DNA of 64,000 nt from Monocercomonoides exilis PA203 (GCA_001643675.2 LSRY02000001.1:1550001-1614000); one strand, 5' to 3'. Positions 14,501-27,161 are shown, numbered from the stretch's first letter. Translations and numbers: made by a program. The notes: generated from the sequence alone by a model not told the origin.

Positions 14501-16179
14501 AAGTCCTCTGCCAGCAGTGGGCCAGGCGTGTCCCACTCGATCGTCCCCTCGGCACTCGGTACAAACAAAATCTGAGTGAGAAACTGCGCACTGTGGCGGG
14601 AGAGGTTCTCAATGCCGTCTTTTTTCCTTCGCTTCGGCCGATGCTTCGGCTTGACTTTGACAGAAGGGGTGTGATGCGAGGATTTTCGGCTTGGTTTTGA
14701 TTGACTATCCCTGCCCTCTTCTCCTTGAATCTTCATTTCAACATTTCCCTTTCCCTCATTTGCATTGTTCCCATTGGATGTTTCATTTGACGCTTCCTCT
14801 TTGCTTCCATCTCCTTCGACAGAGTCTGCATAGTCCTCTCCTTCTTCCTCATCGCTGTCGATTTCATCGTCCTCTTCTGCCCCGTTTTTTGGCTGTGCAG
14901 GGAACAGGTTGTGTATCCAGTGCCAAGTTGTGCGAAACCAGTTGTTGTTTCCTTCGATATCACTTATCGAATCATCGTTGTCAGTCATGGAAGAGGATGA
15001 AGGGCGAGGCGGTGGAGTGGAAGGAGACGATGCTGCTGAAGATGCTCTTGCTTGTGAAGATTGCGGAGTTGATGGCTCAATGCCTGCTGTTGGACTGAGT
15101 GGAGATGGAGTTGGACTGAGGGGTGATGCGAAAGATGAAGAGCTTGCTGGGGTTAATGAAGGAGATGCAGAGCCGGAAGAAGTCGAAGCAGAGGCTGATG
15201 ATTGTGAAGGAATATTCTCTTGAGTAGTGTCCTCAGTCGATGCTGAATGAGTATTTGCGCTTTGCTTTGCTGCTTCAGTTTCATATTTCAGCATCATCCA
15301 TTCTGATGGAGTGTAAAGCTTTCCTGTTTCAGAAGGAAATACCTTGCACACTTTTGAATTTCCAATCTCTTCGGCATATCCACTTATTTGCACAAATGAA
15401 ATTGCTATTTCATTTGTCCTGATATCCTTTGCATTGTCACAAGGACGAACACGATATGTTCCAGATGCTCTTGCAAAACTTATTTGGACCATTGCGGGCT
15501 CCGGATGAATGTGAGCAAGGGGAACTGTCTTTGCCCATTCGCAATCGCTAACATCTGATGCGATTACAAAAGAGCATCTGTCAATCGCAAATTCAATAAC
15601 AGGTGAAAGCCAAGAAATTGCAGTTTTGTAATTTGGAATAGCTCGATTCTCATTTGGAGATACAGAAATGGTAACTCTTTTTTTTGTCTTCCTTTTTTGA
15701 GGAATGCCAATTGTTTTTGTTAGAGATTTCAAAAAATTCCCCAGTTGAAGTTTTTGTGTCTTTTTCGTCTCAGTAACCATTCTTTCGAGTTCGGAATACT
15801 TTCCAACGCTATTAAAGTAGTCAATGTGCAGTCCAATGACAAAAACGCTAAGTCTACTCGAGTTTTTTAATGGAGCTGAAGGAGAATCATCAACGCGAGC
15901 CCACCATTTCAAACGTGCCACTAATTGGACAACTGTTATATGCATGTCAGGAGTTGTAAATGCAACATCTGAAACAACAACCTTACCAGAAAGAAGTCCA
16001 AATTGAAATTGTCCAAGTCTTATGCATTGCTTTTTGCGTCTGAAAGTGGCAGCATTTAAAATCCAAGAAACAAGTTGTCCGAACATCCTGGATTGGAGTA
16101 AAAATAGCAGAACCAAGCCCAGAAAGAACACAGTAACTGAAACAAAAAGATTGAACAATGACTGTGTTACTGTATCCAT
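1..16179 (-). CDS. BLTP1: Bridge-like lipid transfer protein, Csf1/KIAA1109/Tweek (BLTP1) family; 3' end lies outside the window (at least 5393 codons)
   Basis: ATG at 16179 preceded by an in-frame stop at 16183-16185. The ORF track lists nothing in this frame from 1 to 16 kb, as expected for an ORF with no stop before the edge; spot translations at 1-180, 11.5 kb, 14.2 kb and 15.4-16.2 kb are open. N-terminal TM helix then QSRMFGQLVSWIL...FQFGLLSGKVVV...RLKWWARV...RLSVFVIGLHIDYFNSVGKYSEL, and later YSPWIDLQRSIVQNFLFPQTY, match Csf1/KIAA1109 motifs as I recall them (ISLLGGRIFF, WRYW, YGPWADRQR...FFP..Y). Confidence 0.85.
11477..11607 (-). repeat. (GAA/GAG)n trinucleotide tract encoding poly-Ser within BLTP1
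   Basis: The plus-strand GAAGAAGAG run reads TCT/TCC (Ser) in the long minus frame. Confidence 0.9.
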
Positions 16180-16319
16180 ATCTTAGCTCAGAACTGTTCC
16201 GAAAAAGAGAATTTTGAACAAATTGATCTCTTATAAATGGTCCCATCAAATATTTTTGATTCAAAGACTGTACTAATTATGCATGTGATCGAAAGAAGCT
16301 TATCAAAATTTGAAGGGTA
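16180..16319. promoter_or_regulatory. Candidate bidirectional promoter between BLTP1 and arginine deiminase
   Basis: Only 140 bp separate the divergent ATGs at 16179 (-) and 16320 (+). Confidence 0.55.
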
Positions 16320-18297
16320 ATGCAAGATATTCACGTTCCGGAGACTGTTCCTGTTGAAAAAAGCTATTACAATTTGAGTGCCGTTCAAGAAAGCCTTGCA
16401 CAAAGCCCAATCTTTCAATATGATGAAAATGACATTCCAAGGCTCGTTATTACACATGAGCCTGAATTTGCACAAACTCTCGGAAGGTGTTATTTGAAAA
16501 TTAGCGTTGCATTGTGTTATCATCATTTTTAATTTTATAGTATTCATCCTGATGCATTTTTGTTTTCGAAAGCTGTTGATTTGAAATTGGCAAAGCAGCA
16601 GCATAGAAATGTATGATGTCTATCATTTAAAATGGCAAATATGTTTTTATTTTTTATTATCATGTAGTTCCGGGAAACTATAAGAAAGCACACAGGTGCA
16701 CTTGTTTTCACTGTTCGTGAGATCTTACTCATGGGATGCGATGGTATGGACCAACAAATTTAAATTTAAAAGTATTAAACAAACGAAAAATCTTTGAAAT
16801 TCTTTTTTGTAGATCTTCGCCATCGCGCTGAACTTGAAGAATTTGCTTCTCATTGCATCCATTACAGACTTGAAAATGGATTAAAACAGGAAGATTTATC
16901 AGAAAAAGAAGTTGCTCTCCTTGATGATGAATACAAAAGAGCATCACTTAAAAAAATGACCGACGTTCAACTTGTTGATGTTATTATGTCGCAGCCCACC
17001 ATCATCATTGAGAAACCTGATCCATCAAAGCATTTTGTCTCTCACAAAATTGAAATGGAGCCATTAACAAATTTGACATTCTGCAGAGATCAGCAAATAA
17101 CAACAGCCAAAGGTGTTGTGATGGGTTCGATGAATATGGTGCAAAGAGTTTGTTCTTTATTCTTTTATCTGTTTGTAATTTATTGATTTTTTGATATTGA
17201 AATGATGATTTATTCATTTAGCAAATGGAAACGTTGTTAATGTTGCATGTGTTTAAGAAATTGGGAATTCCAATCGTTGGAAAAATTCCAGCCGAAGAAG
17301 GAGCAACATTAGAAGGTGGAGATTTCCTTCCAGGTGGTTCAGATATCTGCTTCATTGGTTGCGGCCTTAGGACCAACATGAAGGCAATTGGTTTGAAATT
17401 TTAAATAATATTTTTTTTTTGCTTTTAAATGTATATATGTATAATTGACTGATTGTTCTGTTTTGAATTATTTTTATTTTATTTATTTTTTTTTAAAGAC
17501 TACATGTTAAGGAACGATCTTTTCGGTACCCGTCGTGTTGCTGTTGTGGAGGACAAGTGGGATATCAACCCTGATAGGCTTCATCTTGACACAGTGTTTG
17601 GCCTCCTTGATGCTCATAACTGTATTGTCTCTGAGGATATCATCGGAGAAGAAAGCAAAATAAAAAGATTGGTGACCGAATATGTGAAGAATGACATCAG
17701 CGGACAATACGAAATATCTGTTAAAGAAATGGAATTCACGTTTGTTTATACAAAATTTGAAGCTTTTAATTTGTTTCTGATAAACTTCAACTTTTATTTT
17801 ATTTCTACAGGCATTATTTGAGAGAAAACAAATACAACATCATTCCAATTCCAGCAGATGTTCAGCTTGTGCTTGGCTGCAACATTCTGAACATTGGAAA
17901 AGGACGTATCATCTGCACACACGAAACATGCGGCAGACTTATTGTGGAGCAGGCCATGAAAGCTTCAGCATCTTCTTCTTCATCTGAGCTGACATCTCCA
18001 CCATTCACAGGATCTGTGCATGTGATTCCATTCAGCGAGATTGTCTCGATGAATGGCGGAGTGCATTGTGCATCGTTTGTCTGCCGTTATCCTCCGGATG
18101 CGCAGTTTGTCACGCGAATGGCGACTCCTGGATTTGGCCCCATGTCAAATGTGCCTAATTTATCTTCGCCTGTGCTTTCTGTGTCTCATTCGGAACACAC
18201 TCTTCCTCCTGTTTCAACCACTCCCACCACAAAGACTTTTTCTGCCCCGCTTATTCGTGGTGTTGTTCATGGAATAGCATCTCTGGGAAATCAGTAA
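16320..18297 (+). CDS. ADI: Arginine deiminase, 7 exons: 16320-16486, 16541-16610, 16668-16743, 16813-17147, 17222-17390, 17499-17739, 17811-18297
   Basis: Six GT-AG introns splice in frame. Motifs NLTFCRDQQITT, LEGGDF, IGCGLRTN, RLHLDTVF and GGVHCAS retain the amidinotransferase-fold catalytic Asp/His/Cys residues. Confidence 0.92.
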
Positions 18298-18580
18298 TTG
18301 ATTTTACAGCTGTTGATAGAATAAAAATTTACAACGATTGTATGGTTTCCACAGGAATTTTCAATTTTTTGATTTTAAAAACAGTTATGTTTTTTCTACT
18401 TCAACTGTATGTATCTGAAATTCATTAATACACCCCAGTAAGTTTTTTGATGCAAACCACTTATTGCTTGCAATTTTTAAACTGAAAAACTTGGGGAATG
18501 AATAAAGATGATTTTTTTATTTTTATACAAGTCAGACATGAAAAATTACGTACATGTGCAAATGAATAATTTTAAAAAAC

Positions 18581-18581
<1 letters not shown>

Positions 18582-18634
<53 letters not shown>
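18582..18634 (+). repeat. Poly(A) tract, 53 nt
   Basis: Uninterrupted A run about 285 bp downstream of the ADI stop. Confidence 0.9.
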
Positions 18635-18636
<2 letters not shown>

Positions 18637-18997
18637 ATTTCGTGCAAACGAATTCTAATAAAAAAATCACTGGACCACTCTTTTTGGATAACTGTCGTTT
18701 TTTTCATGTTTTGAGGATATGATTCTTCTCGAAGAGAAGAAATGGATCTATACGGGATGTATTTTTTGCTTTATGAAATTTTTTTCGCAATGCATAAACA
18801 AAAAAATTTTTTTTGTTTTTTTGATTTTTTTCATTCTTAGAAAACACATAAGCGTGAAATTTTTCACAAGATATGATAGCATAAAAAGTTTGGAGCAAAG
18901 TTTTGTTTTATTTCATTAATGGAAATATTTTGCCAATCGTGAATTTTTATCACCCATATTATAATTCTGTGGAAGAAATTTAAGTTAAGAAATCGAG

Positions 18998-20894
18998 ATG
19001 TCTTCGACAAGGCCGACGATGTCTTGTATGCAACTTCATTTTATAATGCACACACATATTTTATTTACGGAAAATTATGTACATATTTTTTAGGGCAAGA
19101 AGAAGGTTAACTATAAAAATGATTCATTTTTCAGAAATTTTTATGTATTTCTTTTTGTATAGATGAGGATGATTTGTTTCAACCCGCACAGCCATCACAA
19201 TCGCAAAACGAAGCAGTAAAACCAAAAGTTTCATCGCCTCTTCATCAGACCGAAATTGGAATTGAAGCATCCGATAGTGATGAATCTTTATCATCTTCTG
19301 AACCAGGTGTTTTTGAAGGGCGTCCCTCGCTTGCCAAAACAGATTCAAAAATAAAGCGTTCTCCTCATTCGTCTCAAGAAAGATCGCACCAGAAAATGAG
19401 TTCCACAGTGCCATCAGATTCAATGATGACAAGAGGAAGAAGAAGAGAAAATCCTCGCAAAGAAGATGCTTATCTTCAAGATGATGATGATGATGATGAT
19501 TACATGGAAGATGAAGGGAATTCGTTTCCTAGACGTTCTGTTTCATTATCTCCATCTAATTCTCGTTCTTCAAAGCACAGATCCAGGAGTAGTGCTAAGC
19601 AAGCGAAAACTTATAAGCAACGAAATCTCTCAAGAAAATCTCCAACTTTATCTGGAAAAACAAGCAAAAGTGCATCTCTGAAAACAACAAGAAAGACAAC
19701 TCGACAGAAAGAAAAAACCATTAGAGTTGAAAATGAAGATGAATCAGAGTCAGAGCAAATGGAAAGAAAAATTACTACGCTTCCCCAACCTCCTCCACTT
19801 CGAAACCAGGTTGGTCCAAGCATCATGAGAATTCTTTTATCGTGGGCATTATTTCCGTTTCGGGGAATAGTTTTTCTTTTAATATGGCTAATACCACAAG
19901 TAATCTGGGGTTTGGTGGAAATTATCGTCGGATTTGCTTATATCAAGGCTCGGCCATTACTCAGAACAATACTAGAAGGAGAAAATGGAGACATCTTAAC
20001 TTTATCATGCCAGAATTCAACTTTGTTGCAGGTTTGCACAAGAATTGGAATGTGTTCAAAGTTTATAATTAATCCTCTTTTCGAAAATTGAAAAAAATAC
20101 AAATAAAGTCTTTTCTGTTTAAATTTCAATGCAATTATAATGTTTTCATTTATCTTTTTTTATATATATTTATCAACCTCACCACCTCTGAATGTCAGGC
20201 TTTTCTTATCGTAGATGGATTTATCTTACTTCTTGATCTTCTTCTTCATCTTTTTATTCTAAACAAACCAGCTGCATATCTTATAAATCATCCACCTTCA
20301 ATTGACACACCACTTTTTTCAATGATTCCGCCTGAAATAAAAACGGAAAAGATACTTTATTTGATTCGAATCATTTCACTCATTGTAATCCGTGCATTTC
20401 AGTTGATCTGGTACATTGTCGGAGCAGCTGCTTTGGCCACGCAACATTACTATGTATGATGAAGTGAAATTATGAAGCGTTTTGTATTTGAAAGAATATT
20501 TTTTTTTTTCTTGGAACAGCTTTTGTTTAACTTTTATTTGATTTTCTGCATTTTCTCCATGTTATTAATTTTCTTCTTAATCCAGTTCCTTTCATATCCT
20601 CCTTCCTCTGCTTCTGCGTTTCATTCCAACTCTTCATTGGCATCAGCTGCAAATATGTTTCATAACTCTTCAATCACACTCTCCGCACCAAAAACTCTCT
20701 CCGCGCTTTCTGCCAGGCCAGCGCCTGGACTTTCTGTCGTCTCAATGATGGCGCTTCTGATTGGATCTTTTTCGCTTGGATCTTACGTCGTGATGACACT
20801 TGGGCTCTTTCTTTTCGTCAAGAAGTTGTGGGAAGAGCTGGATCTCGTTATCTTCCCTTCTGTCGCAAGATTTCAAGGAACCGATCGCGTTTGA
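18998..20894 (+). CDS. Uncharacterised membrane protein (disordered N-terminus, several C-terminal TM segments), about 5 exons
   Basis: ATG at 18998. Two tiny exons splice in frame into the 19174 ORF (MSSTRPTMSWQEEDEDDLFQP...). Further GT-AG introns near 20032-20198 and 20454-20585 join the hydrophobic ORFs; stop TGA at 20894. Confidence 0.7.
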
Positions 20895-21209
20895 TGAAAT
20901 TTGACTGTATAATTTTGTTAAGCATACATTGTTTTCACTTCGAACCATGCATTTCATTCATTTCTCTGATTTTTCAATTTTTTTTTTTTTTGATTGATCT
21001 TTTTTGTGTCAGTTTTTTCTTTTCTTTAAAGATAGAACACAACCATTGAAAATAAATTCCTCTATTAAAAATTTCACTCAAAAAGAAGAGCATATCAAAA
21101 TCAAGCAAACATTTTAAAAAATGAATAAAAGCGAAGAAAAAGAAGGATTGTAACAGTTGAAATATGAACAATTAACAGATAAGATTAATTAAACTTACTG
21201 AAACATGAT

Positions 21210-22910
21210 TCACTGCTTCTTTTTCTCACTTTTTTGAATATCTTTTTTTCGTTTTGGCTTTGCAACAGGTGCACGGGCAACTAATGAAGACAGTTTCTGC
21301 TTCAGTTTCTTTTCTCTGCTCAAAATGCCTGGAGAATTCATAATCCTGCTTAATCCCAATTTGCTTGAAGGCGGAATCAAAGATGACGAGGCCGATGGCG
21401 ATTCTGCTGACAAAACAGATGTCCCTTGCGACAAGCGGAATTGAGCATTGCGGCTTGTGCTTGGATATGTCTGCGTTTGGGAATAAAGCTGCTGATCATT
21501 CAGTCCTGCAGATGTAATAGAAGAGTTGGCTCTCTTCTTTTCGGACGCTCTTTCCGCTCTTTTTTTGTTTTCTAAATGGCGATTAATGTTTGAAAACTGA
21601 GGGGGGGGGGGGGGATATTTCATATAATGAAAACCAGATAAAAATAATTGGGGAAAAAAGCATAAAATTTGATAAAATTCTATTAATTGCACCCAAACCA
21701 CTACACATAGAAGAGTACATAAAATGCCAATCCCGTTTGCAATTAGAGGCACAAACACATTTTCAGAATTCTGGAGCAGCGAACGTCTGCGCGGTGCAAG
21801 CATCACTTTCTTGCCCGTCTTCCCGTCCACAGCTGAATTGGCATACTGAAGCAAAAATCGTTCGATAGATCGAACTGGAGGAAGAGATCCGATAAATGAC
21901 GAAATAATTCGAACAAAAAGGAGAAATGTCGCCTTTATCATTGCGAAAAAGCATTCAATGAGGAAAATTGTCAGGCTTATAAAAGTTACCGGTGACAACT
22001 TAAAATCTGGAAGCGCAGGCAAATCACATTTCCAGTTCTTTATGATGAAATCGGGTGAAAATGATTTTAGAAAAGAAGCAAGCACTTGATAAATGAAGTT
22101 GAAGACAACGAAGTGAAATGGAGAGGTTTGAATGAAATGTGCTGATGATAAGGTAAAGATTGGAAGTGAAAGAACATACTCGCAAAGAAGATCAGGGTGA
22201 TATGAAAAAAAATAAACGAGCAAATTTGCTGCACATGAAAAATTTGAGCTATATTCCGAATTTCACGAAAAATAAAAAGATGATGAGAATGTAAGCAACA
22301 ATCATTTTTGTAAAAATGAATAAGACAAAAAAAGTTACACACAATTGGAGTTCATATTTCGATATGATAGGAGGATTTTGTAAAATCCAACAAGTCCAAA
22401 GTCCTCCGCAAATAAATTGAATTAAAGATGATACCCCAAAAGGATTGTTTGGGTATATAGATAAAGCCTTTGTGATGTATTTTATTGAAGTGAGATTGAG
22501 ATAAAGCATTGACGAGCAATTTAAGATTACAATAAAGCAAAAAGAATTAAATTGTCTTTTCCAAAAAGGAGGTAATTTTTGCGAGATTTCCCACACAATG
22601 AAATGAATGACGATTTTGTTAAATGAGCGGGTCCATTCTCATTTAAATAGCACAAAAGAAATTTTTCAATAAAAATAGAATTTCATTCAAAATAAAACAG
22701 CTACATACCTGGACTTTCTCGAAAAAAGATTATAGGAACAAGTGTTTCTCCGACAATCGTTAAATACAATGAGGAAAAAAAAGAATTCCATCGATTGTGT
22801 CTTTTTTCATCAATAATAATGCAATGAAATGAATGTAAAATAAAAAGCCATGGGAAAGATGCAGATAGAACAGATCCAAAAAGATTTAAATAACTTCCTT
22901 GATTTACCAT
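21210..22910 (-). CDS. Multi-pass membrane protein, weakly TRIC/TMEM38-like in its N-terminal half; start and second intron uncertain
   Basis: Three hydrophobic ORFs can be joined by GT-AG introns. The pattern GETLVPIIFFRESPEW...IVWEISQKLP...KALSIYPNN...ICGG resembles TRIC helices; low-similarity recollection. Confidence 0.5.
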
Positions 22911-23699
22911 CAAAAAAAGTGATTCAATACTTTTTGATCCAATTATCCATCATAAAATTCTTTGATTCGTTATTATTTTCGCTTCCCAAAAAAAATTTAA
23001 ATAAATAAATAAATACAAGGAAAATAAAAATAAAAAATAATAAGAAAAAAAATAAATATCATTAGAAAACAAATTTTTTTTATTGAAAAAGATTCGAAAA
23101 ACAAAATGAATGGTCAGTAATTTATCGGGACTCTTTGGCAAGAGTAGAAGATAGGTGTACCTAAAAATCTTAAAGCTAATCATTCATCCTGTATAATAAT
23201 CAAGCCACATGCAATTTATAAGATAAATAATAACAATTTTTTAGGTTTGGAGAAAAATTAGTGTGTATCAATGAATAAATCTCGAAAAAAAGAAACCCAA
23301 AATATTTACTAAAAAAATAATTTAGAAGTATCATGGCAATCAGCAACTTCAAAATCTTCTTTTAATGTGACACAATTGAAAACCATGATATTACGTCCTG
23401 CTTCTAGGTATTTGACGGTAATAATTTAATTTTTCCTATTCATATCAAATTTATTAAATGGAACAAAATATTAAAAACCTCTAAAATGAATTGGAATATG
23501 AAATTGTTTGTTTCATTTTTCCTTCATAATTTTCTTTTTTGATATGTAACTTATATGAAACACATGAATAAATGTGAATATCATATTTATTACAAAATAT
23601 TGCAAAACAATGAAAAAACTTTGATACCCTTATTTTCTGCATTCACCGACCCTTTTTTTTGTTTGTATTTTTATTGATGTGGAAAAAAAGTTGATAAAA

Positions 23700-25320
23700 A
23701 TTAAAAAAGCACAAATGACGAATCCAATTTACGTACAACTTTTCTTTTTCCTTTGATTCTTTCAATTTCATTGATTTCTTCATTTTCATTTTCATGATCA
23801 TCTTCTTTCACTTCTGATTTACTCTTTATTTTTTTCATTTTAACCAAAGACTTTTACTCATAATCTTCTTTTTGCTCTTCTTTTTTCATTTCTTCAGAAG
23901 AATTCTTTTCATCATTAACTTTTTCTTCTTCTTTAATTAACAAATGTTCACTCCAATCATTCAGAAGCTTCTCATCATTTATTAACTTTCCATAGAAGTC
24001 GAATCTATTTGAATGAGTTGAATGTTGATATTACTTTGTTTCTGGCAGCCTAATGATAATCGGCCCAGATTCGTTATGAAGAACTCCACTCGTTGCGAAG
24101 GCTTTTTTTTGACAGCAGACGAGAGGGAAGGATGAATTGCTTGAGGAAGAACATCAACAAGAGCTGTTCTTTTCGATGAAGATGTCGATGAAGATGGAGG
24201 TTCATATTTTGTTTGTAGTTCTGTTCACAGAACAGCGAACACTCCTCTATCAAGGGGCTGGGCGATATGTGTTCTGTGAGGAATGTAGGTGACGACGTCG
24301 ATGTTTTCTTTTTGAAATTCTCTCCAGATTGTCGGATCTGCGCGAGAAATGTGTGAGTCGATGAGAAGCAAGCAGCGAGAGTTTTCCAGTGACATGCGCT
24401 TTCTGCGATCGATAATTCCATGAAGGAGTGTTGAAAGTGCGTTCTTTTTGAATTGGTTGTATCCCATTCAACCACTTCCGTTCTGCCAGATTTCCAGAGT
24501 CTGTGACAGCAGCGGCTTCATTCCATCAGGAAGACTCTTTCTAGGTAATAGAATCACAGAAGGAAGTGTAAATCCATCAGCAGCCATAGCAGTAACCAGG
24601 GTTGTATTTGCCATTCTTGGTGGTTCTTTGCGAAATCCTGGGTTTTCATTTTTTGGATAAACCACGCTCAGCTTTGAATTGGTAGGGACTCTCAGTGATG
24701 ACTCATCCATGTTGAATATAAGTTCTTTACAGTATTCATTTTTTTCATGTCAGCCGTCCAGTAAAGAATACCAGGGCTGCAGAACACTTTGGCACGACAC
24801 CGCAAGGCGATTAACATCAACATTTTTGGAGTGCTTCTTTTCAGCTCAGGATGGTGCTTCACAAATTGGTGAGCGATGGACATTGAAACGTTAATGCATT
24901 GTGCTTCTTCGTCGTCTGTATCATAACTCACATTTTCCATTAAATATTTTTATTATTATTTTTAATTACTAAACTACAACTAAACAGTTCGCGAACTTTT
25001 TTAATAAACAAACAGCCTCCAGATCTTGATTCAATGATAATTTCTTCCAGCACAATTTGTTCTTTGTCTCCTGTCACAAATTGCTGTCTTCCAACTTTTG
25101 ACACCAGCCTTTTGCTTCTCAGCGCCCGAACAGCATTTTTAATCCTTTTGTGCGAAAACTCCATGGAGTTAATGGCATCTGTAATCCTGACAACTCCATC
25201 AACCACAATGCGCGCCATCCGTTCCAGCCGATTGTCAATCCTTCTGTAATCGAAAAATTTCATTGCAGCACGTAATTTCCTTTGTCCAGCAATTCTCTTT
25301 TGTTCCACAGCAATTTTCAT
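23700..25320 (-). pseudogene. pogo/Fot1-like (DDE_1) transposase pseudogene, copy A
   Basis: IFNMDES, AADGFTLP, LLLIDSH and THIAQPLDRGVF motifs; in-frame stops (e.g. 24468-24470 where Trp is expected) and frameshifts. Confidence 0.85.
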
Positions 25321-25529
25321 TTTTTTATTATGGTTATGATCAAAAGTCCAATTTATTAATTGATTAATTTTAATTTTCAATTTTCATAGAAATTAATTTT
25401 TTATTAACATTCAATACGAATATAAACGGTTTTTCACACCTTGTCACGTATCTATTTATTTATTTTTTTCGATGGAAAAGATTAACCTCCCCATCTCCCT
25501 TCCTTTGGAAATAGGCTTCGTATTCAAAT

Positions 25530-25797
25530 GGGACAAAACATTTGGCTTCAGGCATTTTCATTGAAAAAATATGCATCTTGGATAATCTTTTTGTGATCAA
25601 ATAATTTGAAGAAAATGGGCTTATTTTTTGAAATACATGTGAGGTCACAAAACATTTTGTAATTATTTTAATGATGTTTGTTTACAGATATGATAATCAT
25701 ATTTATTTTGAAATCTGGTTTAGTATAAAAATGGAGTGAGTGATACAATTTTTTCAAACTTTGTGAATAAAAATCTTGAAAGTCCATATATTCTTCC
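25530..25797. mobile_element. ~268-bp GGG-terminated MITE, copy 1 (AAAT TSD)
   Basis: Homologous to three other copies; imperfect TIRs; non-palindromic AAAT at 25526-25529 and 25798-25801. Confidence 0.8.
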
Positions 25798-25857
25798 AAA
25801 TGTGATAATCCTAATTTTCAGGGTTTGCTTATATACTGATAATGTTAATAAATATAT

Positions 25858-26124
25858 GGGGGAAAATACGGACTTTCAAGCTTTTTTTGCACAAAGAACG
25901 GAAAAATTGTTACTCATATCTCAATTTCCCTTTCTCAGATTTCAAAATAAATTTGATTTTCATATCCGTAAGCAGGTATTGTTGAAATCATAACTATAAG
26001 TTTTCCAGCATTTCACGAATGTCAAAAAATGGACCCATTTTTATTGAATTTTTTGATCACAAAAAGTCAATAAAAAGTTGCATAATTTTTCAAAGAAAAT
26101 TCCTGAAGTCAAAAATTTTGTCCC
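25858..26124. mobile_element. ~268-bp GGG-terminated MITE, copy 2, inverted (ATAT TSD)
   Basis: GGGGGAAAATACGGACTTTCA...TGAAGTCAAAAATTTTGTCCC flanked by ATAT on both sides. Confidence 0.8.
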
Positions 26125-26629
26125 ATATAAAAAGAAGGGATACAAATTTTCTATTTAAAAATTTAGGCACCGTTTTAAAAAGTTCCCGATAAATTACTGA
26201 CTCTATCATGATTCACTTGTTTTAATGTCTTTCAGAAATGATTGTGCATTCACTTTTCCACATTCATTTAATAACATTATAAATGTGTGATTATTTTTAA
26301 AATCATAATTTTTTTCTGTATATATGTTTTTCAAAGTTTGTTTGTCTAAGGAAAGAGATTTTGTATTTAGATGTAAAAAATAATCACAACTATTTTAAAA
26401 ACTTATGTTTTGGCTCAAATAAAGATGGAGATGTCTCTGATAAGCCTTTTCATTTTTCAGAATTCATTTGTTAATAATCAAGTGAATTTTTGGAGCTGAA
26501 AAATTTGATCGATGAAATTTGATTTCAAAAAAAATCACCCAAATAATCGTCAAAAAATTTTTTTATTTCAAAAAAGAGAAAGAGAAAGAGATGTTGTTGT
26601 TTCCTTTTCTTTCGATTCGTAGATATTAT

Positions 26630-26709
26630 GGTGAGGGGAAAAACCCGTACAAGGGAAAAAACCTGCACATATGACATTTTCTTTCGAATTAACCAACCAA
26701 TTTCATATA
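26630..26709. repeat. Left arm of an ~80-bp inverted repeat whose partner is 46865-46945
   Basis: GGTGAGGGGAAAAACCCGTACAAGGG...AATTTCATATA is the reverse complement of 46865-46945 with one mismatch seen. Confidence 0.9.
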
Positions 26710-27159
26710 CAGTCTAAACCGGATATAATCACATCGGATTTTGCACGACTTTTTGTGACTATATCCGATTGTGATAATACACGATGATGTTTTACACAGA
26801 AAAAAATAAAAATTTCTTAATAAATCAATTAATTTTGTGTCGATTTTTTAATTTTTGATAATTCTTCATTAAAACGCATTTTTCACTTGCGAAATTAATT
26901 TTTTGCGAAAATGCATATTATTTTAACTTATTTGAGCACATTTTTGAAAACGCGAAAAATTGAGATTTTTGATCAAAAAATCGATTTTTCATTGAAAAAG
27001 TCACCCATTATGATAAAAAACGTGATTATATATTTTCAGCCCTGTGATTATATGCGATGAAAAATGAATGAAAAACAAGCAAAAAATGTAGGTGCATCGA
27101 AAAATGTGACAATATACGAATGTGATTATATTCGACGTGATAATATCCGGTTTTGACTG
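26710..27159. mobile_element. Tc1/mariner/pogo-type MITE, 450 bp, CAGT termini, TA TSD
   Basis: TIRs CAGTCTAAACCGGATATAATCAC / GTGATAATATCCGGTTTTGACTG, TA on both sides, and many subterminal GTGATWATA-like motifs. Confidence 0.85.
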
Positions 27160-27161
27160 TA

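Noticed and set aside
93-16006. Many short plus-strand and alternate-frame ORFs
   Set aside because: Shadows of the single long minus-strand BLTP1 frame.
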